Shown here piece after piece: positions 25,001-38,701 of a stretch of DNA of 64,000 bases. Every line of letters begins with the position of its first letter. The stretch's first letter is position 1. The DNA is from Balanoglossus misakiensis (taxonomy: Eukaryota > Animalia > Hemichordata): NCBI GenBank assembly GCA_040954595.2, contig CM082584.2, positions 3,317,344 to 3,381,343 on the forward strand. The letters run 5' to 3'. Position numbers and translations under genes: made by a program. The notes below the pieces were generated by a model. That model was not told the origin of the DNA, did no database searches, and saw only the letters and a program-made list of their open reading frames with translations.

Positions 25001-28000
25001 ATATCAAATCAATTTAAGGGGGGAAAATGGTGGGTCACCGCGCAAATTGTTGAGACACAGGAAGTACGTTAAACATGGCTTTCGGGCTGTAATCTGATTG
25101 TCCTGACCACAACATGAGGTTCAACGGGGAGCTTCTATGGGAGTTGGTCAGATGTAGTGTGAGGCAACAGCATAAGAATACTGTACTGCAAAGCAAAAGA
25201 TGTTGCCTTACCCTACATCTGATTTGAATCAGATTGGGTGATCACATGACCGAGGTAACAAGGTCATGTGCCAAATCAATCCCCATATTCGGTCTATATC
25301 TTTATTACATGCCTTCCCGACAATATATATTCATGATAACTTGTATTTACAAGTAAAAAAATAAATTATAAATGTCATTTTCGTGATATCAAGAGGGAAA
25401 ACAACAATTTTATCAAAACACTAAGCTTTAAAGTGTATGAATTATTATTTAATTGAAAGTGAAGTGGATCCCTGGGTGTTTCAGTTTCTGTACCGATCAA
25501 CCATCATACATGAATAATCTGGTGCAGTTTTTGGAAAATATTGCTATTTCATCATTTGCAACGTACGATGTTGTATGGATTGAATTTTAATGTGTTCAGA
25601 AATAAATTATTGTAAAAGCAAAAGTGAATCACTTTTTTCGTTTGGTTTCATATCGATAACAGTTCCAGGTCATCTTGTCGGCCAGTGGTGATTTTGCAGC
25701 CCGCTACGTCATGAAACGTTTGATATACGAGGCATTGTAATAAAGTTAGCATTTGACATGTACTTGTCAGGAACTGATTCTCTACCATTGAAAACACACT
25801 TGGCCATGATGAGGCTATAAAATCTTACCTATAATTATTCCTACTGTGGTGTAGTCCTCATGAAGGTGCTCTTTTAAGGTGTCGAAATATTTTTCTTTCA
25901 TTTCTCTCATAATCAATGCGAAGAATTCTTTTCTTGGTCCTCCATAATCCTTTGCTTGCTAATGAACACAGAGAAAAATAGTGTGAAATTGTTATATAAA
26001 GACATGAAGCATATGCTCAAAACATGACAAAGTTACTCATCCTGTGACCAGTTTGAGTTTTCTGCAAATAAAGAGATAGTTTGGAGCACTGCACATGCAC
26101 CATCCAAGCGAACGGGAAGTAGCATTTTTCTCAGGTTACACATCCAATATAGGGTATTTTCAGCTCTCGTACATGGCTAAATAGAGTGTCATTTTTGGTC
26201 AAGTTCATAACCAAATGCAGCCAAGATGTTCAGTCAATGTCATGGCTGCCGGCGAGCATGAAAAGTTCAGAATCCCCGAAAATTTGGGCCTAACCATTCT
26301 GCAGTCATCTCTGGTTTCTGCAATGTTACTCCAGAATATTTATGATTTCAGTTGGCTGTATTCAAATCTATTGTACAGTGTCTTTTAGAGGATCCATTTT
26401 TCCTTCATATAAATATTAAATATTCTCATTGAACAATTAGTTGACAAAATGCCAGCATTGTATATAATTGCACAATGGGGGACAATGTGGACGCTCGTTC
26501 TATGCATCACACATGGTGCTAGTAGGTGGGTAGCAGGTAGGAGGAAGTTTCGTTAGAAGAGATTAATCACATCACTTCTGGGGTCAATTTAAAATAGGTA
26601 AAAGAGTTAAGGTTCAAAGACAAGTAATTGATCCTCTTAATCTAAAAATTTTGTTGCTTAATAAGCTCAGAAGTCAGAACCTCATCAAAAGCCTACCACG
26701 GACATGCAATTTGCATAACCTTTAATAAATCAATTTGCCCAATGGTTTGTTTTAATGCTTTGAGGTATCACGCTCAAATTTGCGAGAAAGCAAGCTGTCA
26801 CAATGCTTTTTCCAAAGTGTGTCTCATATTTTTTATATCTTGGTTATTTTAGTGTTAAATGATCTTAAAGTTTGTTAATCATAACATTTGTTTTAGAAGA
26901 TTAAAAAAAATCTGAGACACACTTCAGTCAAGCATTATGACAACTTGTAACCACAACAATTTCAGGCACATTTAGTTGTTGTTGCAATAATATGCAAATT
27001 ACTTGTCATGTGACAGCTATGTAAACAATGGTGATTCAGTGGAATCAAAGATAAGCCCAAAGCTAGTTTTCTCCACTTCTATCCCTGATAAATTGATACA
27101 TATATGTTGCTAAATTTCATAAATACAAGAAATCCTACATTGTACTTTCATTGAACACATCACTCTGAAATATCCAACAAAGTCAGACTTACCTCTCCAT
27201 AAAAATCAACTTCCAAAGTTGTACACAGCTCCTTCACAGATAATGTTGTTATCTCATCAAATCCAGTTTGGAGAACTGACAACCTGTCAACAGTTATGGA
27301 AGTGGTTCTACCCTCAACATGCTGACTTGTGGACTTCAACTCTAATGGTCTGCCTGTCATTACTACTGACTGGTAAAATCGCAGAATTTCAACTGGATTT
27401 GTGACTGCATTCTCCTTGCAATATTTCACGGTTCTCTGTACAGCATTATTTACCCATAACATGCCATCTTCAATCTCTGGTTCACTATCAATACCATCTC
27501 CAATTCCAAATATACTGCCTGAATTATCTTCATTATTCCTGGTCTGAAAGTAAACAAATCATTGTAATGAGTTTAATGACACATGACAAATATAAAGTAT
27601 TTAAACGTTCCCCTTTTCAGGTAGGCCTAAATCCTGTCATGTTCTGATTACAGGACGTATCATAGGTGTTAAAGCAAATACTAGTACATGAATAAATTAT
27701 CCAAATATAAGGTTCAACCATATACAAGTTCTCTTGTTGGTGGGACCATAGCAGACTTATGTCACAATTACGAACACAATTGAGCATATTAATTTAAATA
27801 ATAACACATGTTATAATATACACCATGCTAATACTGTGTCGTGATTTGCCAGAATCCGTCACGTGATAGGAAAAGAGTATCAACTATGAATCCCTAGGTA
27901 AATAGCAGAAAAAATATAAACCGGTCACGTGACCAACGTGAGTGAGGTTTATTATAAAACACCTATGGCCTGACGTCCGTGAAGTTGGCCTCATCCTCAG

Positions 28001-30140
28001 CTTGAAAAGTCACGCGAATATGAGGATGAGGATGAGGCCAACTTCACGAATGCTGGGCCTGGGCTATATTCGGGCCATTGCAGCCGTTTTTACCCCCTAG
28101 TGACTGTGAGTTACCATTTTTTTAAATTATTATTATTATCATTATTTAAACGGTGTTTTCTCCAGGATGTTGAGAGAAGGGGGGAATGTCCCCTCTTAGT
28201 CCAAAATTATTGGGGGATTTGGTCAAAGTAGGGGGGAATCATGATTTGCATAATTTATGTTAATTAGGTAAATTTCAAGGAATAACAATTTTGAACGTTA
28301 TCTTACTAACTGCCTTCATTCCAGCAACTTATGAAGTGCTGGGCTTGCCAGCGTAGGTAGTAGGTACTGTGCAATCTTGTGTGACCTGAGCTACGTAGTG
28401 ATAGCGAGACAGAATTACAACATTTTACATGTTAACATGTGACATCTAAACAGTTACAGATTTTTACTACTTTAAATTTGTAGATTTTGCAGAGGAAGAC
28501 ACCAGCTTGCATAACTTTCAGGGCATGTAATTTTAAAAAGGCCGGAGAGCTGAAAATAACCCCTGAAATTATTTACACAAGTGGTAGGAGAGTGACTAAC
28601 TGCTCCCCTGGCAAGGAGAGTGAAATGAATAAAATAAATGCAACTGGAAAAACAAGTGTCTTTCTTTAAAACTATACCTGGGAAAAAATTTCTTGTTTGA
28701 TTTTAAAAGTTTCAGTTTTTTTAGCTGTCAAAATATTATATTGTGAAACTATTAATAGTGAAATAAATTGAAGTGGTATATTCCTTCAGATTTCTGCCTA
28801 CACTTCCCCATCTGTGGCTAGGCACACTACTCAAATAAATAGTCACTGTACATATTGAATGACTTTCCTTCCAAAGTAAGAAAACAGGTCTTGGAAAACT
28901 GATACATTCTTGATAATCGCCATGGCATGAATGCAGTTCTTTTAATTTGCATAAAATTGTTACATTCTGCCAACCCAATTTCAAATGTCTCCATAACAAC
29001 AAGATCACTTGAGTGTGTGCTCTAAACTTAGACAGTGTCCAGACAGAGCTCTTTGGCTGTTCCAACAATTGCACACTATAGCCCTTGGAGCTAAATTACA
29101 CGTAATTGAATGTGAAAGTCATTTACAACATAGTATTTGGGGGTGGGAAGTTAAAATGTATAGGCCAGCACGCAGTAATATCGGCCGTTTTCCCAGTGTT
29201 TTGACTGACAGTGCATGCTACGAGGCTTGGACGCGCATGTACTGGCCGGGTGGGCTGCTCAAGAAGGGGCGATTGTCGCCCCCTGAACTTGTTACAAGGG
29301 GCGCTTCAAGTGGGGGGAATCGCGCAATCGCGCGTCCCGGAGAAAACACCAGAATCATACCCCTCAGCAATTTCGATCCCCGTTAGAAACAGAACAAGAT
29401 GATTAAAACTTACATGATCCTGTTCAGCATTTTCAGTCAGATCAACAACCATATTGTTCGGAATTTCTTGCGGTGTATCTCGATGTTCAATAGGTCCGAG
29501 AGGAAGCTCTGGGTCTTCATCCGACTCCGATTGAAGAACTGGCAAACACCAGTCGATATGACTGCGTAATTTGTCAATCGTGAACTCTGTGTTGCAACCT
29601 CGGCACTTTTCTTTCAGACTCGTCCCATGGCTGGTTTGTTCTGTTTCTGTGACGTTCAGATTTTTTTGAATAGGGCGCAAGTATAATTTGGCTTGAGAGC
29701 CGACATGGCGCTTTAGCTCCTCGACGCTCCAAGAACATGTTATCGTTTGCAAATTTCGGCAGTTGCCAGTGCAATGCATGATTTCGAAACCTCCGCATTC
29801 ACTTAATTGTGGATATTCCGCCTTGATTTTGTTGGCAACATCTTCCTCATCATCGTGGCAGAAAAAAATCATCTTACGTTCCCCAAGTCCCGCCTTGTTA
29901 AGAACTAGCTTTTCAGCAACTGTTGGAATTCTCTGTTGAAGGCGATCAGCCACACACAAGACACGGACTGTCCATGTCCGGGCCTTTTTGGCGGTTTTCT
30001 TATCTCGACCGACAGTACCAGACGGGGCACCAGCCCGCCCACGCCCACCATTGCCTCTGGCGGGGATAAATAACATGTCTCTTTCAGAGCGTACGGTCTC
30101 AGAGAGTCTTCCATAGTTGCTAGAAGATGCAGATGCTATA
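22075..30140 (-). CDS. Transposon-borne HECT E3-ligase-like gene (G2E3-like), copy A; 5' end (SAM domain) deleted
   Basis: Exons ~30140-29414, 27543-27193, 25958-25829, 24415-24270, 23925-23748 and 22334-22075. Motifs LEVDFYGE-QAKDYGGPRKEFF, ILQFVTGAEE, FLPTANTCINLLSLP (catalytic Cys), C-terminal FFGNV*. UBZ-like CRGC-x11-HIDWC. Confidence 0.85.
22601..22821. mobile_element. Small CACTA/EnSpm-like MITE
   Basis: CACAGCTAAA...TTTAGTTGTG ends with many internal CAGACCTG/CAGGTCTG motifs in both orientations. Confidence 0.55.
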
Positions 30141-30240
30141 TGGGCTAAGAGGGCATACTGATATTGTCCATATAGAAAGTGGATATAAATACTGTATTGT
30201 GTTTTCATTCTCTAACGCATAAACCACTGATTTTTGCCAG

Positions 30241-33200
30241 GTTGTGAAAGTGTGGGACCGGCGATCCAGGATGGAGAAAGCCCTGAAGATGGTCCAGTTG
30301 GAGAAACGGGAGAGTCGAAATAAGACTCTAAGAATTGAAGTTAAAATGCTCAGTTGGGTCAAACAAAACAGTCCTGGATACAATGTTCACACAGGTAAGA
30401 TTAAAGAGACTTTTGGTTTTAATTTCAGTATTTTTCTTCTATTTATCAAATGCGATTTCTTGTTCTACTCCAAATAGTATGCTAATATACTAAGTACTAC
30501 GCTTGTCAACATAGCCTGTATGTGTGTAATGGTCATTGTTATTGTTGACAAATGAATTCTGGTCCGGACTGGTATACAAATTTTGCACAATAACAGTGAT
30601 GACTATATAGGTATAGGTTGTGTTAATAAGCTGGATAGTTCACATTACATTATGCTTCAGGGAGTAGATACAGTAGATACACAAAACAACAAAAGTACTG
30701 AAAACAGTGAAAAGTTACAGCTAATAAAGCTTTCAGCCAGACTGTAAATATCGCACAGACTATCAAACAATAATACCATATGTGTTTTAACTACTGGTAA
30801 TTGAGATTTCATTGTGCTCCCCTCTTTTGCATGGAGCTTGTTGAATTTCATGAATTTCTGTTTCATTTCTAGTGTTAGACACAGTCACATGGAGACAGGA
30901 GTAGATTTATTGTTCATGTACCTGATATGTTTGATAATTGTTGTGATTCATTCTTTCTAGTTATGATGGAATCAGCGTTTCAATACAAGAACTCGCTCTG
31001 TATTACAATGCCATTGTACAGAAGGAGTCTGCGTGACCAAATCAATAAATCAAAAGCCAAGAGACTTTCCTTGGGTGTGGTACAAAAAATTACCAGACAG
31101 GTGTTGGAAGCCTTGGAATTCTTGGGTAGTCCAAGTGTGGGTCTCCTTCACTGTGACCTCAAGACAGACAACATCATGCTGAAAGATCTCAAGAAGATTG
31201 ATGTTAAACTCATTGATTTTGGCCTGGCACGTCGCAAGAATGAGTGTGTAAGTGGACGGTCCAGTTCTCTCATTAATTCACATAATGATTGCAATCAAGA
31301 TTTTCTTTCAACTACTGTGTATATTGTCTAAGTCTTATAACTTACTATTAACTTTAAAATGTTGTGTTTTGTTTTATGAATAACAGGTTAAAGGAGAAAA
31401 CATACAAACTTGTTGGTATAGAGCTCCTGAGATAACTTTCGGTACAGACTTCGATGCAGCCATCGATATGTGGAGTCTTGGAACCATTGTCTGTGAAATG
31501 TACACTGGAAATAGCCTAGCTCTTTCCTGCTTATACACCAGTAAGTTTGAAAAAAACCTTATAGATCATCAATAAATTATTCCATGGAGTTTCAACTTCA
31601 TTTAATTAATCTAAATACATGTACATGATATTGACATTGTTGTCTTTGATAATACATGTACATTTATACATGTATGTTGTCATCCTTTCACAGTCACAGC
31701 TGGTAGGACAGTACATCGAAGTCTTGGGAGATGTACCCAAATCAATTCTGGACAATGGAATGCATACTGACACGTTTTTCTGTCAAATACCCGATGGAAT
31801 GTATTTATTCAGAGGTATACCAGGTGGACCTCTGGTGAGTATCAGAATAATAAATTCTTACCCCCAGTTTCCGTGTTCTTTGGTTAAACCCCATAGTGTA
31901 CGTACGTCCGACTACATAGTTGGACTCGTCTATCATGAAATAGGGGTGAAAGGGTGCATTACTGATGTTGACAGGATTTTACCATGAGCACACTTGAGTC
32001 AAGGGAGCTTACTACTGGGTATAGCCACGGGTATATGTGCAGTTATTAGGGGCATCCAAGAAGAGCACAGAGGTGGAGAAACACAGACACATATAGGGTG
32101 ACTGGGAGATGAAGTACTTTGCTAAAGGAATTTCACAACAGCGACTTTATAGAAGCTTTCTATTATGTCAAACAAAGTCTACTGAACTTATATCAACTAC
32201 AGTCAGAACTGGACAGGTTCTCACATACTATGCTAATTGAAAATAAAGTATTCTTTAATTTAAAACAGTGACAACACATCGATGGTTACAAGACTAAGTT
32301 TTAAAATTTCTTAACATTTGAAATTGCCACATGATAGCTAGGTGATGGTATATTTGAACTGTTATGCCCTCAATTTTTAGGTAAGGCCACTGACCAGCCC
32401 GTTAGAAAGTAGGGTTAGATACGTTGACGCTATCAAGAATAAGTCAGGCAGACTCCCTGAAAAGAAGGACTTTGTCAATTTTTTTGATTTGGTGAAAAGG
32501 TTAGTTGTAGGGAAATAATCACAGTAAGATAACATTAGTCTTTGCAGAGTTTGAAAAATAGTTTAGATTTTATCAATATTAGTTGTAGGTATAACAGATT
32601 AGTGTAGTAAAACAGTGCTTTGAGTTGTACATGTACTTGTAGATTTTTAGTGAAAAGTCTAGTATCGCTTTAATAGGAACATCTAATCTACCATGAACTG
32701 ATTACTAATAAAGGTGTAGGATTAGTTACATGTACATATACATGTATGGCTAGGACTTAAGATATAATTGCTTTGTGCATGAAACTTCATACCATAATAA
32801 ACAACTAAGTAAATTTGTAATGAAATACATCCAGTTGGAATACTTTTAAGGCACATTAGCTGCAACTGCTTGATATTTGTCATTCTCAAAATGTCTTTCG
32901 ATAGGCAAGGAATTTGTTTTCAGTTTAAAATAATATTCTAACACTTTTCATATACAAAAATAGAGAATATATTGTCACAGTAGAGTAAATTCAAATCCAT
33001 ACATTTCCATTCATGTCCTGTAGATGGCACAATGTTATGTCTGTAAAGATTGTATGTACTATTTCAACTGTTTATTGTATACTTTCATGAATGTGTTTGA
33101 GAAGGACATCCATTTATTATTTATTTATTTTATGCAAATTTGTAAAATTTACATTCCCATTTCATGATCAATACTGTTACAGATCCCTTAAATAGTACAT

Positions 33201-35756
33201 TTACAGAACCAATTATAGTTTGAATGTAAAATAGAGAATAACGTGCTCTTCTGCCTTTAATTTTTATCCATTCATATATCTGTTTATGATATTGTTTTCT
33301 CATACTGTTATCACTTTACTTTTTTCCTTACATTCAATAGTTTTAATAATTCAGGTGTTATAAAGATTGATTGAGTTATTACGGTGATAGAAGAATCACT
33401 GTACAGGAAGCTCTATCTCACCCATTTATAAATACAGACAGTGATATACAATCAGTAAAGCCAAGCCAAAGAGATGTACCATCTGCCCAGGTACAACAAA
33501 GTGCTCAAGACGTTCCCACTACATCCATCACTCAGACAGCCAGTGGAAGCGATGCTGCCAGTGAGCCAAAAGATGCCAACTTTGTCACCCCATCATCTGG
33601 CCAGTCGATGCTCACAGAATCTGTCGACACAGCCAGGGATAGCGAACAGGAAACTATCTCCCCATCATCTGGTCATCTTGAAAATAAAAAGCCTAGTGTG
33701 ACTCTGGCTGCTGCAGTCAAAGATCCTGCCACTATGGAATCCAAAGTTGAAAAGTCGGAATCCATCACTGTAGCCAGGGATAGCAAACAGGAAACTTCAG
33801 TCGTTCTGTCGCCAACTTGTGTCAAAAAGGGGAACAGTACACAGGTTTCTGAAGCTCAAAATCAGCAGCCACTCGATAACATGAAGAAGGAACTTACCAT
33901 GCAGGTACCTGACAAGCCAATAATGCAATCAGCTGAAGTCAAGGATCAAATGGACATTATACAGACAGCTGATGTCAGAAGCTTTCCTACGTTGAATCAG
34001 ATGTTGGAGCAGACATCTGAAACAGCTGAACCTGATACAGACAATAGAGGTACCTATATTTTATTTGCAAGTAAGTAGCGTTATAATGTGGAACCTCGTT
34101 CGTAATAACAATCAACAGTGCAGTTACAGTATCGTCTTAGATGGTGCAGAATTTTGACCAATATTGTAACAGTTTAAGAAAGGTTTGTTTGTCTCAAGCT
34201 GATGTGTATTCAAGAAACCAGACAGACAAACATGTAAAAATGTGACCTTGATGCGAAGAAAAAATTGATTAATACAGTCAAAACCTGTCAAAACTGGACA
34301 CCAAAGGAACTAAGAATATTATGTTTGTTATTTTGTAGACATGTCTGGTTTATAGAGGTTCTTTTAAAAGTTTTATGTGAAGGGGACTAAAAACAGTGTT
34401 TGGTATAGACAGGATTTCAGATGAGACAGGTTTCAGTTTAGACAGATTTTACTGTAGACAGATCCCTTGATATCTCCTACTTTGAGCATCAAACGTGAAA
34501 CAATTCTAATATTATTGCAGCTCAACCTAAGAAGAAAGCACGTCGTAGGATTGGCTCATTTGGAAGAATTCTGCTTAGTGCATTTTGTATGACAGTTGAT
34601 GTCGACACTGGTGATGATGAGAATACTGAAAGAAATACAGGAACTAAGAAAGAAGGCCGTACACATGGTGTTAAAGGTAGGCAACATTTCTTGACTGTTC
34701 AAATGGTTTTTGGCTCTCGTTTGCTATATAGATGTACCGGTATACATGTATATTGCAAGGAAGCTACATGTAATAGTATTTAATATTCAACTGAATCTCT
34801 GTAAAAATATCACTTTCTGCTCAGATGAAAGTGCCAGGGATGATGCATCTCAGAAAAAAAATCGAAAAGAAAAGGCGACTCCCAAAAATCTGGAAGAAAA
34901 ACAGGACATCTCAGAAATAAACATGCCAATTATAAATACTAAAGGTAGGTAGTCTTCTATGGTTGGTCAAAATATTTTTCCTCAGATATACAAGATGTAT
35001 TTTAAGAAATGCCAGAAAACATAGTTAAGGCTTGGCCCATCTATCCAGCAATTCTTCAAATGATATTGGGAGATATCTAAAATGTTACACATTAAGAGAT
35101 ATTTCATATTTCATGACTATGATTCAATATGATGGGGTTGCTGGATGTCTAAAAACAACACAGAAATGCCATAACAGATTTCCTTCGAAATTGCTGGAAC
35201 AGATTCTTGTGGTTACATTCCCCAAAGAAGAAGAAATATGGAAAGTAAAAATAGTGTTTGCTCCTCACATTATTCACATCCTGATCAGTAAATTCTTTCT
35301 TTACTGTTATTGTTTTTTCATTTGTCACTTACTCAAAAGCAAATGTCACTTCTTCTAAAGCAACTGAAAGACATACACTTGCATTGGATGTATTTCCACC
35401 AAAATTACATTTATACTGGTAATACTTGTGAAAGTCAAAGGGAACATTCTCAGTAAATTATGTGCAGACAGAAAAAGCAAATGCTGTTATAACAAACATA
35501 GGTCAATAAAGTGCTGACACATGATGTATTCAGATTCAGTATGTCAATCACATCTTGCTCAAAAATTGAGTATTTTTCTACAGAAACATATTCCTGTCAT
35601 CTTTTACTGGTCATAATTTGTAATTGTTCTGTTTTTATTCTACCAGACTTGAAACAAGACATGTTGGATACCCAAGACAGATCCAGGTCATGTCATGATA
35701 ATGAAAGGACAGCGTTTGAACATTTGGGAAATATTGAAGAAGAGCTGGACTATTGA
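30241..35756 (+). pseudogene. DYRK/HIPK-like CMGC Ser/Thr kinase, 5'-truncated and frameshifted
   Basis: Exons 30241-30394, 30961-31247, 31387-31540, 31694-31833, 32381-32499 and ~33367-34049, plus small 3' exons to the stop at 35756. Motifs ALKMV, LHCDLKTDNIML, IDFGLA, IQTCWYRAPE, IDMWSLG, RITVQEALSHPFI. Gly-rich-loop exon absent. Frameshift at ~31510-31520 (LFPAYTP lies in the shifted frame). Confidence 0.8.
34275..34454. mobile_element. Tc1/mariner-pogo type MITE
   Basis: TA|CAGTCAAAACCTGTC ... GACAGATTTTACTG|TA. Confidence 0.65.
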
Positions 35757-37859
35757 ATTGTCTGAGAAGTGGTGAGTGTCTTCTGCACCAATGACGCACA
35801 CGATCACCACAGGTGCAGTGCGCCCTCTATAGACACATGTAACTGTGCTGGCCAGTATGACAAGCGATACCACTGATGCTGTGTTCCCTTTAAAGTCTCT
35901 GTAACGTTTGCCGCGCCTACAAAACCACCACAGTGAGACACTGGTGTAGTGTGCTGCTCTAAACCAATAAAGGGTGTGATACAACCGATGATGTTAATGT
36001 GCCAACTGAACCAGAGCAATGAAGCACTTGGGCAATGAAGACTTCCAGTGACGTTAAAACAGAACTATTTAATGAAAACTCAGTCTCTTTTTACAAATTG
36101 TCTCATTGACCTCCAACCCAAAACTTTCATATTTACAACTGAATTGATATTGGGGAATAGCATTTTTGATTTTGATTTTCAGTAATAAATTGCATAATCA
36201 ATTTTGTTGTTGTTTTTGTTGTTGATGATGATGGTGATGATGAAGATGATAATATTGGGATTTTTTTTAATTTCTAAGCCTGGAAAATCACATAGAAGCT
36301 CCAGGAACTTTGAGCTGTTTTGCATTTGAGAGGAACCACCTGTACTTTTGTGCTTGTTTAAGCTGAACAATAAACTTGCTACGTTTTCCCGTGTATACCG
36401 TAATTATGTAAAGGACAATTCTCATCATAAATCAATCAATTACCTTCAAAAATCCAGTTCAACTTTCAAATATGTTTTCTCTTTCATACAGCCTGATCCG
36501 GTTTCAGAAATAATTTATGTAAATTGACCATTTCAAACAACAGACACGCCAGTGGAAATGGTGTAACATCAGGCGTCAAGACAAAACAAAGCATATGTTA
36601 TTCAAGGTAAATTTATTTACAGGCAGTGGATGCCTAGTGATAAGTTGCTATATATACATATTTAAATTTGTTCAGTTTGAATCTCAAGATTGCTGTCATG
36701 GTAGTTGTTGGTACGCTGTATTGTGACACTTTGGAATGTACAGTTTGTAAAGGAGAAATAAAACTTGTCGCCTTGTTTGGGACAACCTTGTTTGAAGTCA
36801 AGTGGACACATGGTTATGATTGAGGTATGTTGGTGCATAATAGGATTTGAACTGCATGATTTTAATATTTCCTGTGTGAAAGATTAGACTAAAAAAAGGG
36901 GAAAACTTGGTTTTGATAACCCATATATATTCAATCATGGTCACTCCACATTGTGATTCAAGTAAGCTTGAACTTTTTACAATCATGCAAAGATTTAAAA
37001 GTTTCCCACCTGTGTAGATACTGGTACCTGGTTTTTGAACATAATTATATTAGAACTGTAACCAGGTGGAAATTGATGAATATAAATGTTTTCTTGAGAA
37101 GTGGAATAAAAAAATTTGTGCCAAACGTTTATTAAATAATGATTGCATATCACCTCTACATGTATGGTTATAAAGGCATGTCTATGTCTTTGATTAAAAA
37201 AGTGGACTATGATGACATCTGTGAATATGCTCTAGCAACCAAACCCTTTTGCAGCCTATCCTGGGCTGTTGAAAACGCCCGAAAGCCATGTTTAACTTCC
37301 TGTGTCTCAACAATTTGCATGGTGACTCCCTATTTTTTGGCCTTACCTGGGTAAATTGATTTGATATATTTCAAGTTTTAAAAAAGTCTAGAAGACTAAG
37401 AAGTGAAAAAAAATTATGTAAAAGTGGATTTTTATACAATTCTGTTTCATTTATGCGATTATACTGATCAAGATAAAATCTCAAAATTGCTAAAAGTAAC
37501 ATATTCATTAAGTTTACATTCTATAATGGTGAAAAAATGACCCTCCCAAAATACTTATTTATGAAGCCATTTTACAAAGGTCTATGAACACTGGCAAAGG
37601 CTGGAAGAGGTACTAAATAGAGATCGCTTTTCCCAAAAATCCAGCTTGTTGACTCCCAATTTTTATTCCATAGATTAGATGTTTAGAAGTCATAGTATCA
37701 TCCAGGGAGTATCATCAGTATTAATTTCAACATGATCAGATGACCTTTCATTTCGAGGTGCGTAACACCTTACAAAGTTAATTGCCCTACCACTGCACAT
37801 GCGCAATAAGTAGGCAAATACAGTAGGATGAAAACTTGTCGTCTGGTCAGACTTCAACT

Positions 37860-38650
37860 GGAAAGCGATAGATTCCAGCAGTTTTCCTCAAATTGTTGTT
37901 AGGCTAATTGGTCTGTAGTTACCTGGTTCTGATTTACTGCCTTTCTTAAAAACCATATTCTACTCTTGGTCTCACCAGTTGCTTATACAATCTCTTAATT
38001 ATGTCTGTTGATTTGTGGGTAATAGTTCTTTTGATGATGCCTAACATGTTATTAGCCTTTTTTGCTGCCTGGATACACTGTGTTGAAGGTTTGAGGCTAG
38101 AATGTACTGTTACACCAAGATCTTTTTCCTCATCTGTGTGCTGCAATGGTATGTTCTACAAGGTTCTTTTCATACATGATCTTTGCATACTTAATTTCAC
38201 TCTTCACTTTCTTCTGTTGTCTTTTGTATTCTTCATACACTTCTGAATTGTTTGTTTGGGTATATTTGTGCCATAGCTTCCTTTTCTTTCTGACAGATCG
38301 AAGTACCTTCCTTGTCATCCAGTGTGGTTTCATGCGTTTACTGCGTTGTTTCATGGGGATGCAAATATCAATTGTATTTTGGATGATATTTCTCATGTGA
38401 CACCACATCTCATTGGCTGACTTTTCACTAAGTTCCTCTTCCCAGTTGACTGATCCCAAAATATTTTGGAGTTTGTCTATGTCTGCATTTTTCCAGTCTG
38501 GTATTAGTCCTGTTGCAGGTTGAGATTCAGTCTGTACATGGATTTTAAATTCAATCATAAGGTGATCACTGTTCCCAAGATGACCTATGACATTGACTTC
38601 GCTTATCATATCAGGTTCAGTTGAAAGAATCAAGTCCAAGCAGTTGTCCA
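37860..38650 (-). mobile_element. CR1-group LINE ORF2 remnant, internally rearranged
   Basis: LDLILS...HLGNSDH (endonuclease end); EEKDLGV...LYKQLVRPRVEY (post-RT region); FKKGSKSEPGNYRPISLT (RT start). Confidence 0.85.
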
Positions 38651-38701
38651 TACTGAAGCGAAAATCAAAAATCAAAAACGACAAAGAAAAAAGAGAAGCT
38701 A

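Larger units (their letters stand above)
17689..30140 (+). mobile_element. IS3EU-like two-gene DNA transposon, copy A (right end deleted; end approximate)
   Basis: Left end TATGGAAAGCCATAACTGCCTTAAGT matches the copy B TIR at 23/26 positions. Subterminal ~22-bp array, DDE transposase and convergent HECT gene follow. No right array or TIR found. Confidence 0.85.

Noticed and set aside
30140-30208. N-terminus MKTQYSIYIHFLYG of ORF 29306-30208 as the real E3 start
   Set aside because: Not homologous to the copy B SAM; it is the antisense of the kinase intron.
30241-35756. Kinase as cargo of transposon copy A
   Set aside because: No right TIR or array found downstream; complete copy B has no kinase.
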